Positions 1-8,737 of a stretch of DNA of 45,100 nucleotides are shown piece by piece (the first letter of the stretch is position 1; each line of letters begins with the position of its first letter). The DNA comes from an uncultured Pseudomonadota bacterium (GTDB lineage Bacteria; Myxococcota_A; UBA9042; PHBI01; CALCNF01): the NCBI GenBank assembly GCA_937897815.1, contig CALCNF010000177.1:1-45100 (forward strand). Reading direction: 5' to 3'. The notes below the pieces were generated by a model. It ran no database searches and was not told where the DNA came from. It worked only from the letters and a program-made list of their open reading frames with translations. The position numbers and the translations under genes are program-made.

Positions 1-1210
1 CATGACCGTTGGAGGCCTTAAAGCCCTTCACGGGCCTGCGCCCCATCAGGAATCCCCGAAGGACTCCGCGGTCGACCAGGGTCACCTTGGAGGAGGCGAC
101 GCCCTCATCGTCGAAGGAGTAGGCGCCGTTGAGCGGCACGTTGGCCAATCGCGTCATGGTCGGGTCATCGACGATGGTCAGAAAGGTGGGGAGGATCTCT
201 CGGCCGAGGTGGTCGGCGAAGGTCTGACCCTCGTCCTCTCGGTCTTGTCGGTGGCCCTCCAAGCGATGTCCGAGGACCTCGTGAAAGAACACACCCGAGG
301 CCTTCGAGGTGATGATCGCCGGGCCGGTGTAGGGCTCCAGAACCGGTGCGTCCGCGAGGGCGAGGAGCTCGCTCACCATGGAGCCTGTCGCCTCAAGGAG
401 CGCATCACTACTGGGCAGCTGCGCCTCGGTAGGCGCGTAGGTCTCATAGGAGTGACTCAAGAGAACACCGTCCTCGGCTCGAGCCCAGGCGGTCACGGAG
501 ATGGAGTACAGGGTTCGATGGGTTCGAAGACGGCTGCCCTCGGTGTTGGCGTACCAGCGCGTCACGTGCGTGGCGTCCACATGGACCACGTGATCCTCAA
601 TGCGCGTCTCAGCCGCCAGGAGGCGCCCAAGGGAGCGCGCATCCTCAGACCAGCGAAGCTCATCGAAGTGCAGCGTAGGGGTGGGCTCAAGAGTCGTGAC
701 CGCGGGGGCCGGCGAGAAGGACGGACGCTCCCGCTTTTTGGCTCGAAACACCGTAGCGCCCTTCACCTTGAGGTGGCTTGAGAGGGCATGCTTGTAGGCC
801 TGGTCCGTCAGGAGCCACAAGGCGTGACGCAGCGCAGACGGCGCGTCTTCTGTGGGGAGGACCGAGTCGACCTGGTAGTTGGTGTCGCTCAGCCAGCCCC
901 CGTCTTCATCCTCGGAGGAGTCGAAGTCGTAGCTCCCCACACGCACCTCGGAGCGGGCCTGGCGTCGCTTGGTGGTCTCGCGGGTGAAGATCGCCCCCAT
1001 CTTCCCGGCGACCGCCCGGTAGTCATCGTCCTTGACCGTGTAGGAGAGAAAATACGGTCGCAGGTGATCCTGAAGAACGAGGTCGGTGTGAGACCGCTCG
1101 AGCTCAAGGCCCATGGCCGCCAGGACGGGATCCGAGGCCGCGCGAGCCTCTGAGAGAGGCGCAAAAACACAGAGCGCGACGAAGAGCAGGGCATAGATCC
1201 GCATGATCAT
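1..1210 (-). CDS. TldD/PmbA-family metallopeptidase with N-terminal signal peptide (partial; C-terminus lies beyond the left window edge)
   Basis: Absent from the supplied ORF track because it has no in-window stop. Reading the reverse strand from ATG at 1210 gives MIMRIYALLFVALCVFAPLSEARAASDPVLAAMGLELERSH... and stays open to position 2. I checked plus-strand triplets in phase 2,5,8... for TTA/CTA/TCA and found none. It contains GVFFHEVLGHRLEGHRQ, resembling the HExxGHxxE metal-binding segment of TldD-type peptidases. Track ORF 2..781(+) is its antisense shadow. Confidence 0.75.
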   Translation of the reverse strand, partial: MIMRIYALLFVALCVFAPLSEARAASDPVLAAMGLELERSHTDLVLQDHLRPYFLSYTVKDDDYRAVAGKMGAIFTRETTKRRQARSEVRVGSYDFDSSEDEDGGWLSDTNYQVDSVLPTEDAPSALRHALWLLTDQAYKHALSSHLKVKGATVFRAKKRERPSFSPAPAVTTLEPTPTLHFDELRWSEDARSLGRLLAAETRIEDHVVHVDATHVTRWYANTEGSRLRTHRTLYSISVTAWARAEDGVLLSHSYETYAPTEAQLPSSDALLEATGSMVSELLALADAPVLEPYTGPAIITSKASGVFFHEVLGHRLEGHRQDREDEGQTFADHLGREILPTFLTIVDDPTMTRLANVPLNGAYSFDDEGVASSKVTLVDRGVLRGFLMGRRPVKGFKASNGH

Positions 1211-1427
1211 TGGCTATCTGGGTGAAACATAGGTGTCAAACGGCGTGCGCCTAAGTCCAGTGACGAAGCTCCTGTGATCACAAACCGATGTGTCTCGTGA
1301 CGGCGGGGTAAATCCGCGGTTCACGCGCCGCAAACACACGGTCACCCAGCACAGGAATCGCAAAAGCCGATCCAAATCAAGGGGTTGGATCTCTTGGCGC
1401 CACAGTTCGGGATCCTGCGCCCCCCTG

Positions 1428-1443
1428 TGTTTCACGTGAAACA
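1428..1443. promoter_or_regulatory. parS: parS centromere-like ParB binding site
   Basis: Perfect 16-bp palindrome TGTTTCACGTGAAACA, identical to the canonical parS consensus (TGTTNCACGTGAAACA). It lies about 90 nt upstream of the parA start codon. Confidence 0.8.
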
Positions 1444-1530
1444 TTGTGCTTTTTCGTGAGCAAACTTGACTCGCACGATCGCCGATTGGACAAAGATCTC
1501 GTCGGATACTCCAACGGGAGGGAGGGTGTC

Positions 1531-2352
1531 ATGACTCCGATCTTGGCGATCGCCAATCAGAAGGGCGGCGTGGGGAAGACCACGTCCGCCGTGAACCTCG
1601 CGGCGTCGCTCGCCGTGGCCGAGGCCCGCGTGCTGCTCGTGGATCTTGATCCACAGGCCAACGCCTCGACCGCCTATGGCGTCGACAAGCGTAGCCTTGA
1701 GCATCACGTCTATGATGCCCTGGTTGGACGACGGATGCTGCGAGACGTCATCATCTCCACCGAGGTCGAGGGGCTGGATCTCGCGCCCACCGATCAGGAT
1801 CTCGTCGGCGCCGAGATCGAGCTGGTGAGCGAGACCGAGCGGGACACGCGTCTCCGAGACGCGATCGCCACGATCGCGGACGACTATGACGTGATCCTCA
1901 TCGACTGCCCCCCGTCCCTGGGACTCCTCACCATCAACGCCCTGACGGCCGCGACCGGGGTCCTCGTGCCGCTCCAGTGCGAGTTCTTCGCCATGGAAGG
2001 GCTGAGCCAGCTCCTGGGCACCCTCGACCGTGTGCAAGCCACGCGCAACCGCTCCCTGAACCTCATGGGCATCCTCCTCACCATGTTCGACCGACGCAAT
2101 CGGTTGAGCTTTCAGGTCGACAAGGAGATCCGAAGCTACTTCGGTCCCGTCGTCTTCGAGACGCGCATCCCCCGCAACGTACGCCTGAGCGAGAGCCCGT
2201 CCTTTGGGAAGCCCGCCATCCTCTATGACGTGGCGGCCGCGGGGACGCTCGCCTACCTCGATCTGGCCCAGGAGGTCCTCGGACGCCTGGAGCGGGACGA
2301 GCAAAACTCGCCGAACAACCAGCCCACCACGCCTCAGGAGGTGAACAGCTAA
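1531..2352 (+). CDS. parA: Chromosome partitioning ATPase ParA/Soj
   Basis: MTPILAIANQKGGVGKTTSAVNLAASLA carries the deviant Walker A of ParA. ATG at 1531 is preceded by GGGAGGGAGG; the 302-aa track ORF from 1444 is an upstream extension. Its stop overlaps the parB start by 1 nt (TAATG). Confidence 0.92.
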   Translation: MTPILAIANQKGGVGKTTSAVNLAASLAVAEARVLLVDLDPQANASTAYGVDKRSLEHHVYDALVGRRMLRDVIISTEVEGLDLAPTDQDLVGAEIELVSETERDTRLRDAIATIADDYDVILIDCPPSLGLLTINALTAATGVLVPLQCEFFAMEGLSQLLGTLDRVQATRNRSLNLMGILLTMFDRRNRLSFQVDKEIRSYFGPVVFETRIPRNVRLSESPSFGKPAILYDVAAAGTLAYLDLAQEVLGRLERDEQNSPNNQPTTPQEVNS

Positions 2353-3209
2353 TGGGTATCCCACGCAACGCACTCGGACGCGGCCTCGACGCGCTCATCG
2401 CCTCGCCCCGCTATGCCCAGGTCCATGACGAGTATCTCCTGTGCCCCCTGGATCGCATCTCCCCCGATCCCGACCAGCCCCGTCAGCACTTCGATGACGA
2501 GGCCCTCGACGAGCTCTGCCAGAGCGTCCGTGAGCACGGGGTCATCCAGCCCCTCGTCGTCCGCCAGGACGGACCCGACTACATCCTCATCGCGGGTGAG
2601 CGCCGCTTCCGCGCGGCCACGCGCCTCGGGTTGGAGTCGGTCCCTGTGGTTATCCGTGACGTGGCCAGCGACGAGGCCCTCGAGCTGGCGCTCATCGAGA
2701 ACCTCCAGCGGGAGGATCTGAACCCCATGGAGGAGGCCCAAGCCTACAAGAGGCTCCTTGAGCGCCCCGGGATGACCCAGGAGCTCGTCGCCAAGCGCCT
2801 GGGACGCTCCCGTTCGAGCGTCGCCAACGCCCTGCGCCTCCTCGGGCTCGGACGGCCCCACCAGTCCATGGTCATCCTCGGCGATCTCACTCCTGGCCAC
2901 GCTCGAGCGCTCCTGAGCCTCGAAGAGGACGCCGATCGTCAGATCCTCGCCGACCGCATCGTCGAGCGAAAGCTGTCGGTTCGAGAGGCCGAGGCCTCTG
3001 CCCGCGCCCTCGGCGCGTCCACCCGCGCCCAGCGGCCCGCCCCGCGCAAGCACCCCCTGGCACCTTACTGCGAGAGCATCGCCGGGGAGATCAGCGCGTC
3101 GCTGGACACCGAGGTCTCCGTGAAGGTGCGAGGCCGTAAGGGACGCCTCGAGATCCCCTTCGACGGGATTGAGGAGCTCCGGCGCCTGCGCGACCTCCTG
3201 ACCCTCTGA
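2352..3209 (+). CDS. parB: Chromosome partitioning protein ParB/Spo0J
   Basis: N-terminal LGRGLDALI, the ParB box IQPLVVRQ...YILIAGERRFRAA, and the HTH segment QELVAKRLGRSRSSVANALRLL. Sits immediately downstream of parA. Confidence 0.92.
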   Translation: MGIPRNALGRGLDALIASPRYAQVHDEYLLCPLDRISPDPDQPRQHFDDEALDELCQSVREHGVIQPLVVRQDGPDYILIAGERRFRAATRLGLESVPVVIRDVASDEALELALIENLQREDLNPMEEAQAYKRLLERPGMTQELVAKRLGRSRSSVANALRLLGLGRPHQSMVILGDLTPGHARALLSLEEDADRQILADRIVERKLSVREAEASARALGASTRAQRPAPRKHPLAPYCESIAGEISASLDTEVSVKVRGRKGRLEIPFDGIEELRRLRDLLTL

Positions 3210-3216
3210 GCGCGCC

Positions 3217-3954
3217 TCAGGCCAGGGCCACACCGAGCAACATCGCGCACAGCCCCGACGCCGCGACCATGAAGGCCTTGAGTCTTGACGGTCCGACGAC
3301 GTTCGCGGCCCTGTACATGCCGCCCAACCAAGCCAAGAAGCCCAGGATCGTCAAGAGGCTCATGACTCGGCTCGGCCGCACCTCGCGATGCAGGTGCGCC
3401 TCATAGAAGGCGACCCGCGAAGCGCGATCTCCTCCAACGCTCCTCCCTGTCCGAAGCGCGTCCCTCGACTCCCAGGTCGCCATCATCGGGGCCAGTCGCG
3501 CGTCCACCTTCGCGATGCGATCCTGGTCCGGCCTCCACAGGCCGTGACCGGCGAGGATCCCTGAACGAAGAGAGGAGAGCGCCATCACGGCTCCCGGGAG
3601 ATCGCCTGCTGTCTCTCGCTCGTCTGCCAACGCCTCGAGACGGTCCATCGCGTCGCCCCGCCAGGGCGCGGCCAGAGGCAACACCCAGCTCACCGCCTCG
3701 CGCCAGGCCACCGCCGCGCCGAGGTGATCTCCTCGAGCGTGGGCCGCGTCTCCACGCTCCAGCGCGCCCGACCCGCTCGTGACGATCCGCCCGACCAGCA
3801 CCAGCAACACCACAGCGATGATGGCGAACAGCGCTCCCCGGCCGCGGGCCGGCGAGACGACGGCGCCGCCCTCAGACGCGCCCTCTTCTTGGGTCTCAGA
3901 TGAAGTCACGGCGCTCGAATGCCCAGATAGCGATGACGAGGAAGACGAGCCCAT
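3217..3954 (-). CDS. Hypothetical membrane protein (Ser-rich N-terminus, TM helix near the N-terminus and TM helices at the C-terminus)
   Basis: Last ORF of the long minus-strand array. It overlaps the permease stop (3896). Hydrophobic segments are ALFAIIAVVLLVLVG and MSLLTILGFLAWLGGMY...AASGLCAMLLGVALA. The start is uncertain: ATG 3954, or GTG 3909 with a 14-nt overlap. No recognisable family. Confidence 0.55.
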   Translation of the reverse strand: MGSSSSSSLSGHSSAVTSSETQEEGASEGGAVVSPARGRGALFAIIAVVLLVLVGRIVTSGSGALERGDAAHARGDHLGAAVAWREAVSWVLPLAAPWRGDAMDRLEALADERETAGDLPGAVMALSSLRSGILAGHGLWRPDQDRIAKVDARLAPMMATWESRDALRTGRSVGGDRASRVAFYEAHLHREVRPSRVMSLLTILGFLAWLGGMYRAANVVGPSRLKAFMVAASGLCAMLLGVALA

Positions 3955-4699
3955 AGGCGAGGGCGTACACGATCGCCTCCCCCATGTAGCTCAGGTGAAC
4001 CGGGACACCCAGCAGCACCTGCTGGCTCACGTTGAAGACCGACAGATCGGGCAGGACCGTCACGGCCGCCTCTCCAACGAAACGGGCAAACGCGTTCTCC
4101 ACAAACAACCCTCGATTCGCCGAGAGCATCTCCTCGATGAGCGGGATCAGTCGACCCGTCGCGAACACGCCGAGGCTGAACAGGCCCGTGAGCACCGGAG
4201 AGGAGAACGCTGAGAACATCACGGCCACGCAGGCGACCAGAGAGACCTCAAGGACGATCAGCGCGATCCCTTTCAGGTGCTCGGCTCCGACGTCGCCTCC
4301 CTGAATCGAGGTGACCATGGCCCAAACGATACCGAGGATCGCCACCTGAACGATCAGAATCCCGATCAGCCCGAAGAGCTTCCCGATAATAAACTCGTGA
4401 CGATGAATCGGCTTGGAGACGATGGTGTAGATGGTCTTCCGCTCGATCTCTTTGTAGACGAGCAGCGCGCCCATCACCACGGCGGTGATGGCCCCCGCGA
4501 GGCTGATGGCGAAGAAGCCGAAGCTCTGAACCACCCGCGCTTCCTGACCCACTACGGCCATCTCGCTCAGGGCGAGCGAGAGCAGGATAAAGGCGATCGA
4601 GAAGGCCACAAGCCCCATGAACGCGCGGTTCCGGAGCGCCTCGCGGAAGGTGTTGCGCGCCACCGCGCCAATCCGCACGGTCGAGACGATATCAGCCAT
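3896..4699 (-). CDS. ABC-2 type transporter permease
   Basis: Polytopic membrane protein with about 6 hydrophobic segments, directly after the ABC ATPase. ATG at 4699 (MADIVSTVRIG...) overlaps the ATPase stop as ATGGCTGA. The track start at 4732 is probably an extension. Confidence 0.8.
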   Translation of the reverse strand: MADIVSTVRIGAVARNTFREALRNRAFMGLVAFSIAFILLSLALSEMAVVGQEARVVQSFGFFAISLAGAITAVVMGALLVYKEIERKTIYTIVSKPIHRHEFIIGKLFGLIGILIVQVAILGIVWAMVTSIQGGDVGAEHLKGIALIVLEVSLVACVAVMFSAFSSPVLTGLFSLGVFATGRLIPLIEEMLSANRGLFVENAFARFVGEAAVTVLPDLSVFNVSQQVLLGVPVHLSYMGEAIVYALAYGLVFLVIAIWAFERRDFI

Positions 4700-5642
4700 C
4701 GGCGCCTCCTGCCTCGGCGGCCTCGCGGACAAACAGCTCCTCGAGGCTCACCCGGTGCGGGTTCACGTGGGTAACAGAGGCTCCGCCCTCCATCAGCGCC
4801 TGGAGCGCCGTCGCCTGGTGCTCGCCCGCCAATCGGATTCTCGTCGCCAATCCGACAACCTCAAGGCCAGCTCCGAGACTCTCGAGGCGCTCGCGCGTCC
4901 CATCTGCGACCTCATGGGCCACGATCTCGACGCCCATGCTCTCAGAGCGAAGCATCTCAGCGAGAGGCCCAACGCGCACCACCTGGCCCTCCACGATCAT
5001 GGCGACGCGGTCACAGATCGTCTCAATATCATTGAGGATATGGGTCGAGAAGAAGACCGTCTTCCCCTGCTCGCGCAGCGAGACGATGATGTTGCGCACC
5101 TCACGACGTCCCATGGGATCAAGGCCGCTCAGGGGCTCATCGAGGATCACCAGATCAGGGTCGGCGATCAGCGCCTGCGCGATGCCCACCCTCTGGAGCA
5201 TTCCCTTGGAAAATCGACGGAGCGTTCGATCTCGGGCGTGGGCGAGACCCACCAGCTCCAAGAGGGAGTCGATGCGCTTCCGACGCGCTTTGCGCGGGAG
5301 CTCATAGAGCTGTCCATAGAAGTCGAGGATCTCGAAGGCCGTGAGGTAGTCATAGAAGAACGGGTGCTCAGGGAGATAGCCGATCCGCCGGCGAATGGCC
5401 GGGTCCGCGATGTCGCCACCGAGGACGCGTATGGAGCCCGCCGTGGGCTGGATCAGCCCCATGGCCATCTTCATGCTGGTCGTCTTTCCGGCGCCGTTCG
5501 GACCGAGATATCCGAAGATCTCTCCCGGCTGAACCTCCAGATCGACGCCGCGCACAGCGTGCACACGAGTTAAGCCCAGACCGAGCTTGAACTCCTTCTC
5601 CAGACCCTTGAACACCAGGGCCGGCGTTGACGCTTCGCTCAT
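4692..5642 (-). CDS. ABC transporter ATP-binding protein (ABC-2 exporter type)
   Basis: Walker A GPNGAGKTT, signature FSKGMLQRVGIAQAL, Walker B LVILDEPLSGLD. The start ATG overlaps the aminotransferase stop (ATGA). Confidence 0.92.
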   Translation of the reverse strand: MSEASTPALVFKGLEKEFKLGLGLTRVHAVRGVDLEVQPGEIFGYLGPNGAGKTTSMKMAMGLIQPTAGSIRVLGGDIADPAIRRRIGYLPEHPFFYDYLTAFEILDFYGQLYELPRKARRKRIDSLLELVGLAHARDRTLRRFSKGMLQRVGIAQALIADPDLVILDEPLSGLDPMGRREVRNIIVSLREQGKTVFFSTHILNDIETICDRVAMIVEGQVVRVGPLAEMLRSESMGVEIVAHEVADGTRERLESLGAGLEVVGLATRIRLAGEHQATALQALMEGGASVTHVNPHRVSLEELFVREAAEAGGADG

Positions 5643-6748
5643 CTGCTCTCCATTGCGCGTCGAAGGGCGCTCACGACCTCTTCGACGTCTTCAGGGGTCA
5701 TCTCGACCGTCACAGGCAGGGTGAGGCAGCTCTGAGCGAACCGCGAGGCGTTCGGGACGTCCTCGGTCCGGAGACCATATCGGTCCCGGTAATAGGGCTG
5801 CTCGGAGAGGGCATATCCTCCGATGGTGGTCTGAACCCCTTCGTCGGCCAGGTGCGCCATCACCGCGTCACGATCCACGTCAGCCGAGAGCTCGACCACC
5901 ATGGACTGACAGCTCAGGTCCGCCAGGTCATAACCTTGCGGCCAGCGCACGCCCTCGAGGGGGGCGAGCGCCTCTCGATAGAGCGCCGTGATCCGGCGCC
6001 GCTCCGAGACGATGAACTCCAGTCGATCGAGCTGCACCAGGCCGATGGCGGCGCTCATGTCGCTCATTCGATAGTTGAAGCCGGCGATGGAGAAGCGACT
6101 CCAGCTGGTGGCGTTCGGATCCATGCCGTGATTGCGCAAGGCCCGCATACGCTCGGCCAGCTCGTCGTCGTCGGTGGCGATCACGCCTCCCTCGCCGGTC
6201 GTGATCGTCTTTCTCGGGTGAAAAGATAGACACACAGGTAGCGCTCCTGTGCCCCATCGCGTGCCCTGGGCCGTGCCGAGCGCGCAAGCCGCGTCCTCGA
6301 TCAGCCACCAGCCCCTGGAGTCACACAAGGACTTCAGCTCCGGCGTCGGAGCGGGGATCCCGAAGGGATGGACCAGGATCACGCCGACGGTCCGCTCAGT
6401 AGCGACGGCCTCGATCGACTCGACCGTCAGGGCGAAGCGCTCCAGATCCACGTCAGCGGCGACGGCCCGGGCGCCCGTCAGCTCGACCGCGTTGGCGGTC
6501 GCAGGGAAGCCGAAGGCAGGAACGATCACCTCGTCGTGGGGCGTGAGGCCCATGGCGACCGCGCTCACGTGCAGCGCCGCTGTACCCGAGCTCACGGCGA
6601 CGGCGTGGCGGATCTCCAGGAGCTCGGCCAAGCGCGCCTCAAAGGCCGCCACACGTGGCCCCTGAACCAGGTGCCCGCTCTTGAGCACCTCCGCGAGCGC
6701 GCTCAGCTCCTCGTCTCCGAGGACAGGTCGGTGAAGTGGGTGCTTCAT
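5639..6748 (-). CDS. DegT/DnrJ/EryC1/StrS-family PLP-dependent sugar aminotransferase
   Basis: Typical family layout: SGHLVQGPRVAAFE, SGTAALH, VIVPAFGFPATANAV, and a SFHPRKTITTGEGG lysine region. ATG at 6748 forms an ATGA overlap with the upstream SDR stop. Confidence 0.9.
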   Translation of the reverse strand: MKHPLHRPVLGDEELSALAEVLKSGHLVQGPRVAAFEARLAELLEIRHAVAVSSGTAALHVSAVAMGLTPHDEVIVPAFGFPATANAVELTGARAVAADVDLERFALTVESIEAVATERTVGVILVHPFGIPAPTPELKSLCDSRGWWLIEDAACALGTAQGTRWGTGALPVCLSFHPRKTITTGEGGVIATDDDELAERMRALRNHGMDPNATSWSRFSIAGFNYRMSDMSAAIGLVQLDRLEFIVSERRRITALYREALAPLEGVRWPQGYDLADLSCQSMVVELSADVDRDAVMAHLADEGVQTTIGGYALSEQPYYRDRYGLRTEDVPNASRFAQSCLTLPVTVEMTPEDVEEVVSALRRAMESR

Positions 6749-7701
6749 GCGAGCTGACTCCGGTACCACTCAATGGTCTCGAGGAGACCCGAGTCCAGCT
6801 CGACCCGCGGTTCATAGTCCAGGAGCTCCCTGGCCTTGCTGATGTCCGGGATGCGCAGCTCCACGTCAGGAAAGTCCCAGGGGATGTGCTCGATGGCGCT
6901 CGAGGAGCCCGTGAGCCGCACGATATCGCGCGCCAGCTGGTGGATGGTCACGGTGGAGCGCGGGTTGCCAATATTGAAGGCGTTGCCGATCGCCTCTTCT
7001 CGATGAAGGGTCGCGAGGACCCCGTCGACGATGTCGTCGATGTAGCACCACGCGCGGATCTGCGAGCCGTCGTTGTGGATGGTGAGGGTCTCACCGCGGA
7101 GGGCCCGAACGATGAAGTGATGGACCGCGCCCGATCCCACCTGCCTCGGGCCGTAGATGTTGAAGGGGCGGACGCTCACCGCAGGGACGCCGAACTCCTT
7201 GTGATAGTTCAGGGCGAGATGCTCCGTGGCGAGCTTGCTCACGGCGTAGGTCCAGCGAGCTTCACCGACCGCTCCCAGCTGGGTCGCGTCGCCCTCCGTG
7301 ACTCGAAACGCATAGCGGCCAAAGACCTCTGAGGTGGAGAAGTCGACCAGGCGCTCCACGCCGCCCATCTCATGTGCGACCTCAAGCACGTTCATGGTGC
7401 CCAGCAAGGCGACCTTCATGGTCAGCACCGGGTTCTTCATGACCGTATCGACGCCCGCGATGGACGCCATATGAACGATGATCTGGCATCCCTCTGCGGC
7501 GCGCGCCACGGTCTCCCGATCGAGCACATCCCCTCGAATCAGAGTGACGTTCGGGTGCTCGATCAGCGAGGTGGTGCTCATGGCATCGCGGTGGAGGTTG
7601 TCGAGGATCACAACCTCGTTGTTCTCCACCAGCCGTAAGGTCAACGAGCTCCCGATAAAGCCCGCCCCACCCGTGATCAGAATTTTCCGTCCCTGAATCA
7701 T
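6745..7701 (-). CDS. NAD-dependent epimerase/dehydratase (extended SDR; UDP-glucuronate decarboxylase/ArnA C-terminal-like)
   Basis: MIQGRKILITGGAGFIGSSL Rossmann motif, STSEVFG, catalytic YAVSK, and RPFNIYGPRQ. The real start is ATG at 7701. The 458-aa track ORF (to 8121) is an extension that overlaps the upstream gene. Confidence 0.9.
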   Translation of the reverse strand: MIQGRKILITGGAGFIGSSLTLRLVENNEVVILDNLHRDAMSTTSLIEHPNVTLIRGDVLDRETVARAAEGCQIIVHMASIAGVDTVMKNPVLTMKVALLGTMNVLEVAHEMGGVERLVDFSTSEVFGRYAFRVTEGDATQLGAVGEARWTYAVSKLATEHLALNYHKEFGVPAVSVRPFNIYGPRQVGSGAVHHFIVRALRGETLTIHNDGSQIRAWCYIDDIVDGVLATLHREEAIGNAFNIGNPRSTVTIHQLARDIVRLTGSSSAIEHIPWDFPDVELRIPDISKARELLDYEPRVELDSGLLETIEWYRSQLA

Positions 7702-7708
7702 TGTTGAA

Positions 7709-8737
7709 TCATCCGCCTCTGGAGCCATCGAGCTCCATCTTGGTCCAGGTTGCAGGAGGGAGGCCATCGTGCTCAGGGCCCAGGGTCTCGAAGAGCCCGA
7801 ACGGCATGTAGCCATACTCGCTCTTCCAGCGCTCCTCGATCTTCTCCAGGCGCGTCGCGGCCGCGGCGCTCTGGTAGCGCGTGATACGACCGCGCAGCGA
7901 GGCCCGCTCACGCTCGCTGGACTCCCAGTAGCGTAGATAGGCGTGAAAGAGAGCCATGGAGACGTCGTTGCGCTGCAAATACAGCTCGGTGACGAAGTTG
8001 GGGTCGAGCTGAGAGCCCGGCAAGGAGGCGGCGATGGAGAAATAGGGGAGCGCCTTCTCCTGCATGGCCAGGCGCTCGGCCTCATCCTCGTGCTTCCACT
8101 CAATGTAGTAGTTGAAGCCAATGTCGAAGTAGAAGCGCCAGTGATCGGGGAACCGCTCGATGCCCCTGCGAGCGTAATCGTTCGACCTCTCCAGGCTCTC
8201 CTTGCTGATCATCTGACCGTACTTCAGCGACTGGCTCGCCCACTCATAGACGCGCGGGTTGTCCGGATCGAGGGCCAGGATCGCCTCCGCATAGACGTCG
8301 AGCCAATTGTAAATGCGGTCCGAGAAGAGATGAGAGATGAAGTACATGTTGGCTCGGGTGAACAACATGTCGGCGACGAATCCTCGATGATCCAGGGCCA
8401 GGGCCTTGAGGACATCCGCAGGCGGGATATAGGAGGCCTCGGCCGTCTGAGCCCGCTCCATGGGCGCCAGCTGGTACGCGAGCTCCAGGCGCGAGGTCTT
8501 GGTCACCAGGGCTCCCGAGACCAGGAGCGCGGCGAGAACGACCGCCATGAGCCGACGCCGCGGCGTCGCGCTCCACCAGGTGATCCACTCCGCGAGCCAG
8601 CGAACAAAGCGCAGCGGCGCCATGATCACGGCCAGGAGCCCGATGGCGATCCCATGGAAGACGGCGCTCAGGCCCGTCCTGGACGGTGCGTTCGTCCCCA
8701 CGTCAATCCTCGTCCCTGGGATCGGCGCCGAGCTCAT
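7709..8737 (-). CDS. Hypothetical membrane-anchored protein with helical-repeat-like C-terminal domain
   Basis: Two N-terminal hydrophobic segments (GLSAVFHGIAIGLLAVIMAPL, LMAVVLAALLVSGALV), then a W/Y/F-rich soluble region. ATG 8737 overlaps pilR by 35 nt. An alternative GTG at 8701 lies 1 nt after the pilR stop and is preceded by GAGGA, which looks at least as good. No family recognised. Confidence 0.6.
   Translation of the reverse strand: MSSAPIPGTRIDVGTNAPSRTGLSAVFHGIAIGLLAVIMAPLRFVRWLAEWITWWSATPRRRLMAVVLAALLVSGALVTKTSRLELAYQLAPMERAQTAEASYIPPADVLKALALDHRGFVADMLFTRANMYFISHLFSDRIYNWLDVYAEAILALDPDNPRVYEWASQSLKYGQMISKESLERSNDYARRGIERFPDHWRFYFDIGFNYYIEWKHEDEAERLAMQEKALPYFSIAASLPGSQLDPNFVTELYLQRNDVSMALFHAYLRYWESSERERASLRGRITRYQSAAAATRLEKIEERWKSEYGYMPFGLFETLGPEHDGLPPATWTKMELDGSRGG

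Noticed and set aside
3058-3072. TGGCACCTTACTGCG, a sigma-54 promoter look-alike
   Set aside because: It lies inside the parB coding sequence, the GG-to-GC spacing is one nucleotide short of consensus, and no downstream gene exists on that strand.
4759-4777. GGTTCACGTGGGTAACA, a parS-like sequence
   Set aside because: Only the central CACGTG and part of one arm match. The arms are not symmetric, and it lies inside the ABC ATPase gene.
6745-8121. N-terminal extensions of track ORFs: 6745..8121, 10145..11962, 13247..14536, 14367..16232, 20892..23432, 29355..31238, 31174..33426, 36548..37642, 40991..42346 and 1444..2352
   Set aside because: The extensions overlap the upstream gene and are Arg/Ser/Pro-rich. 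Homology-like sequence begins at an internal ATG or GTG with a better Shine-Dalgarno sequence or an ATGA coupling. The features list the shorter coordinates.
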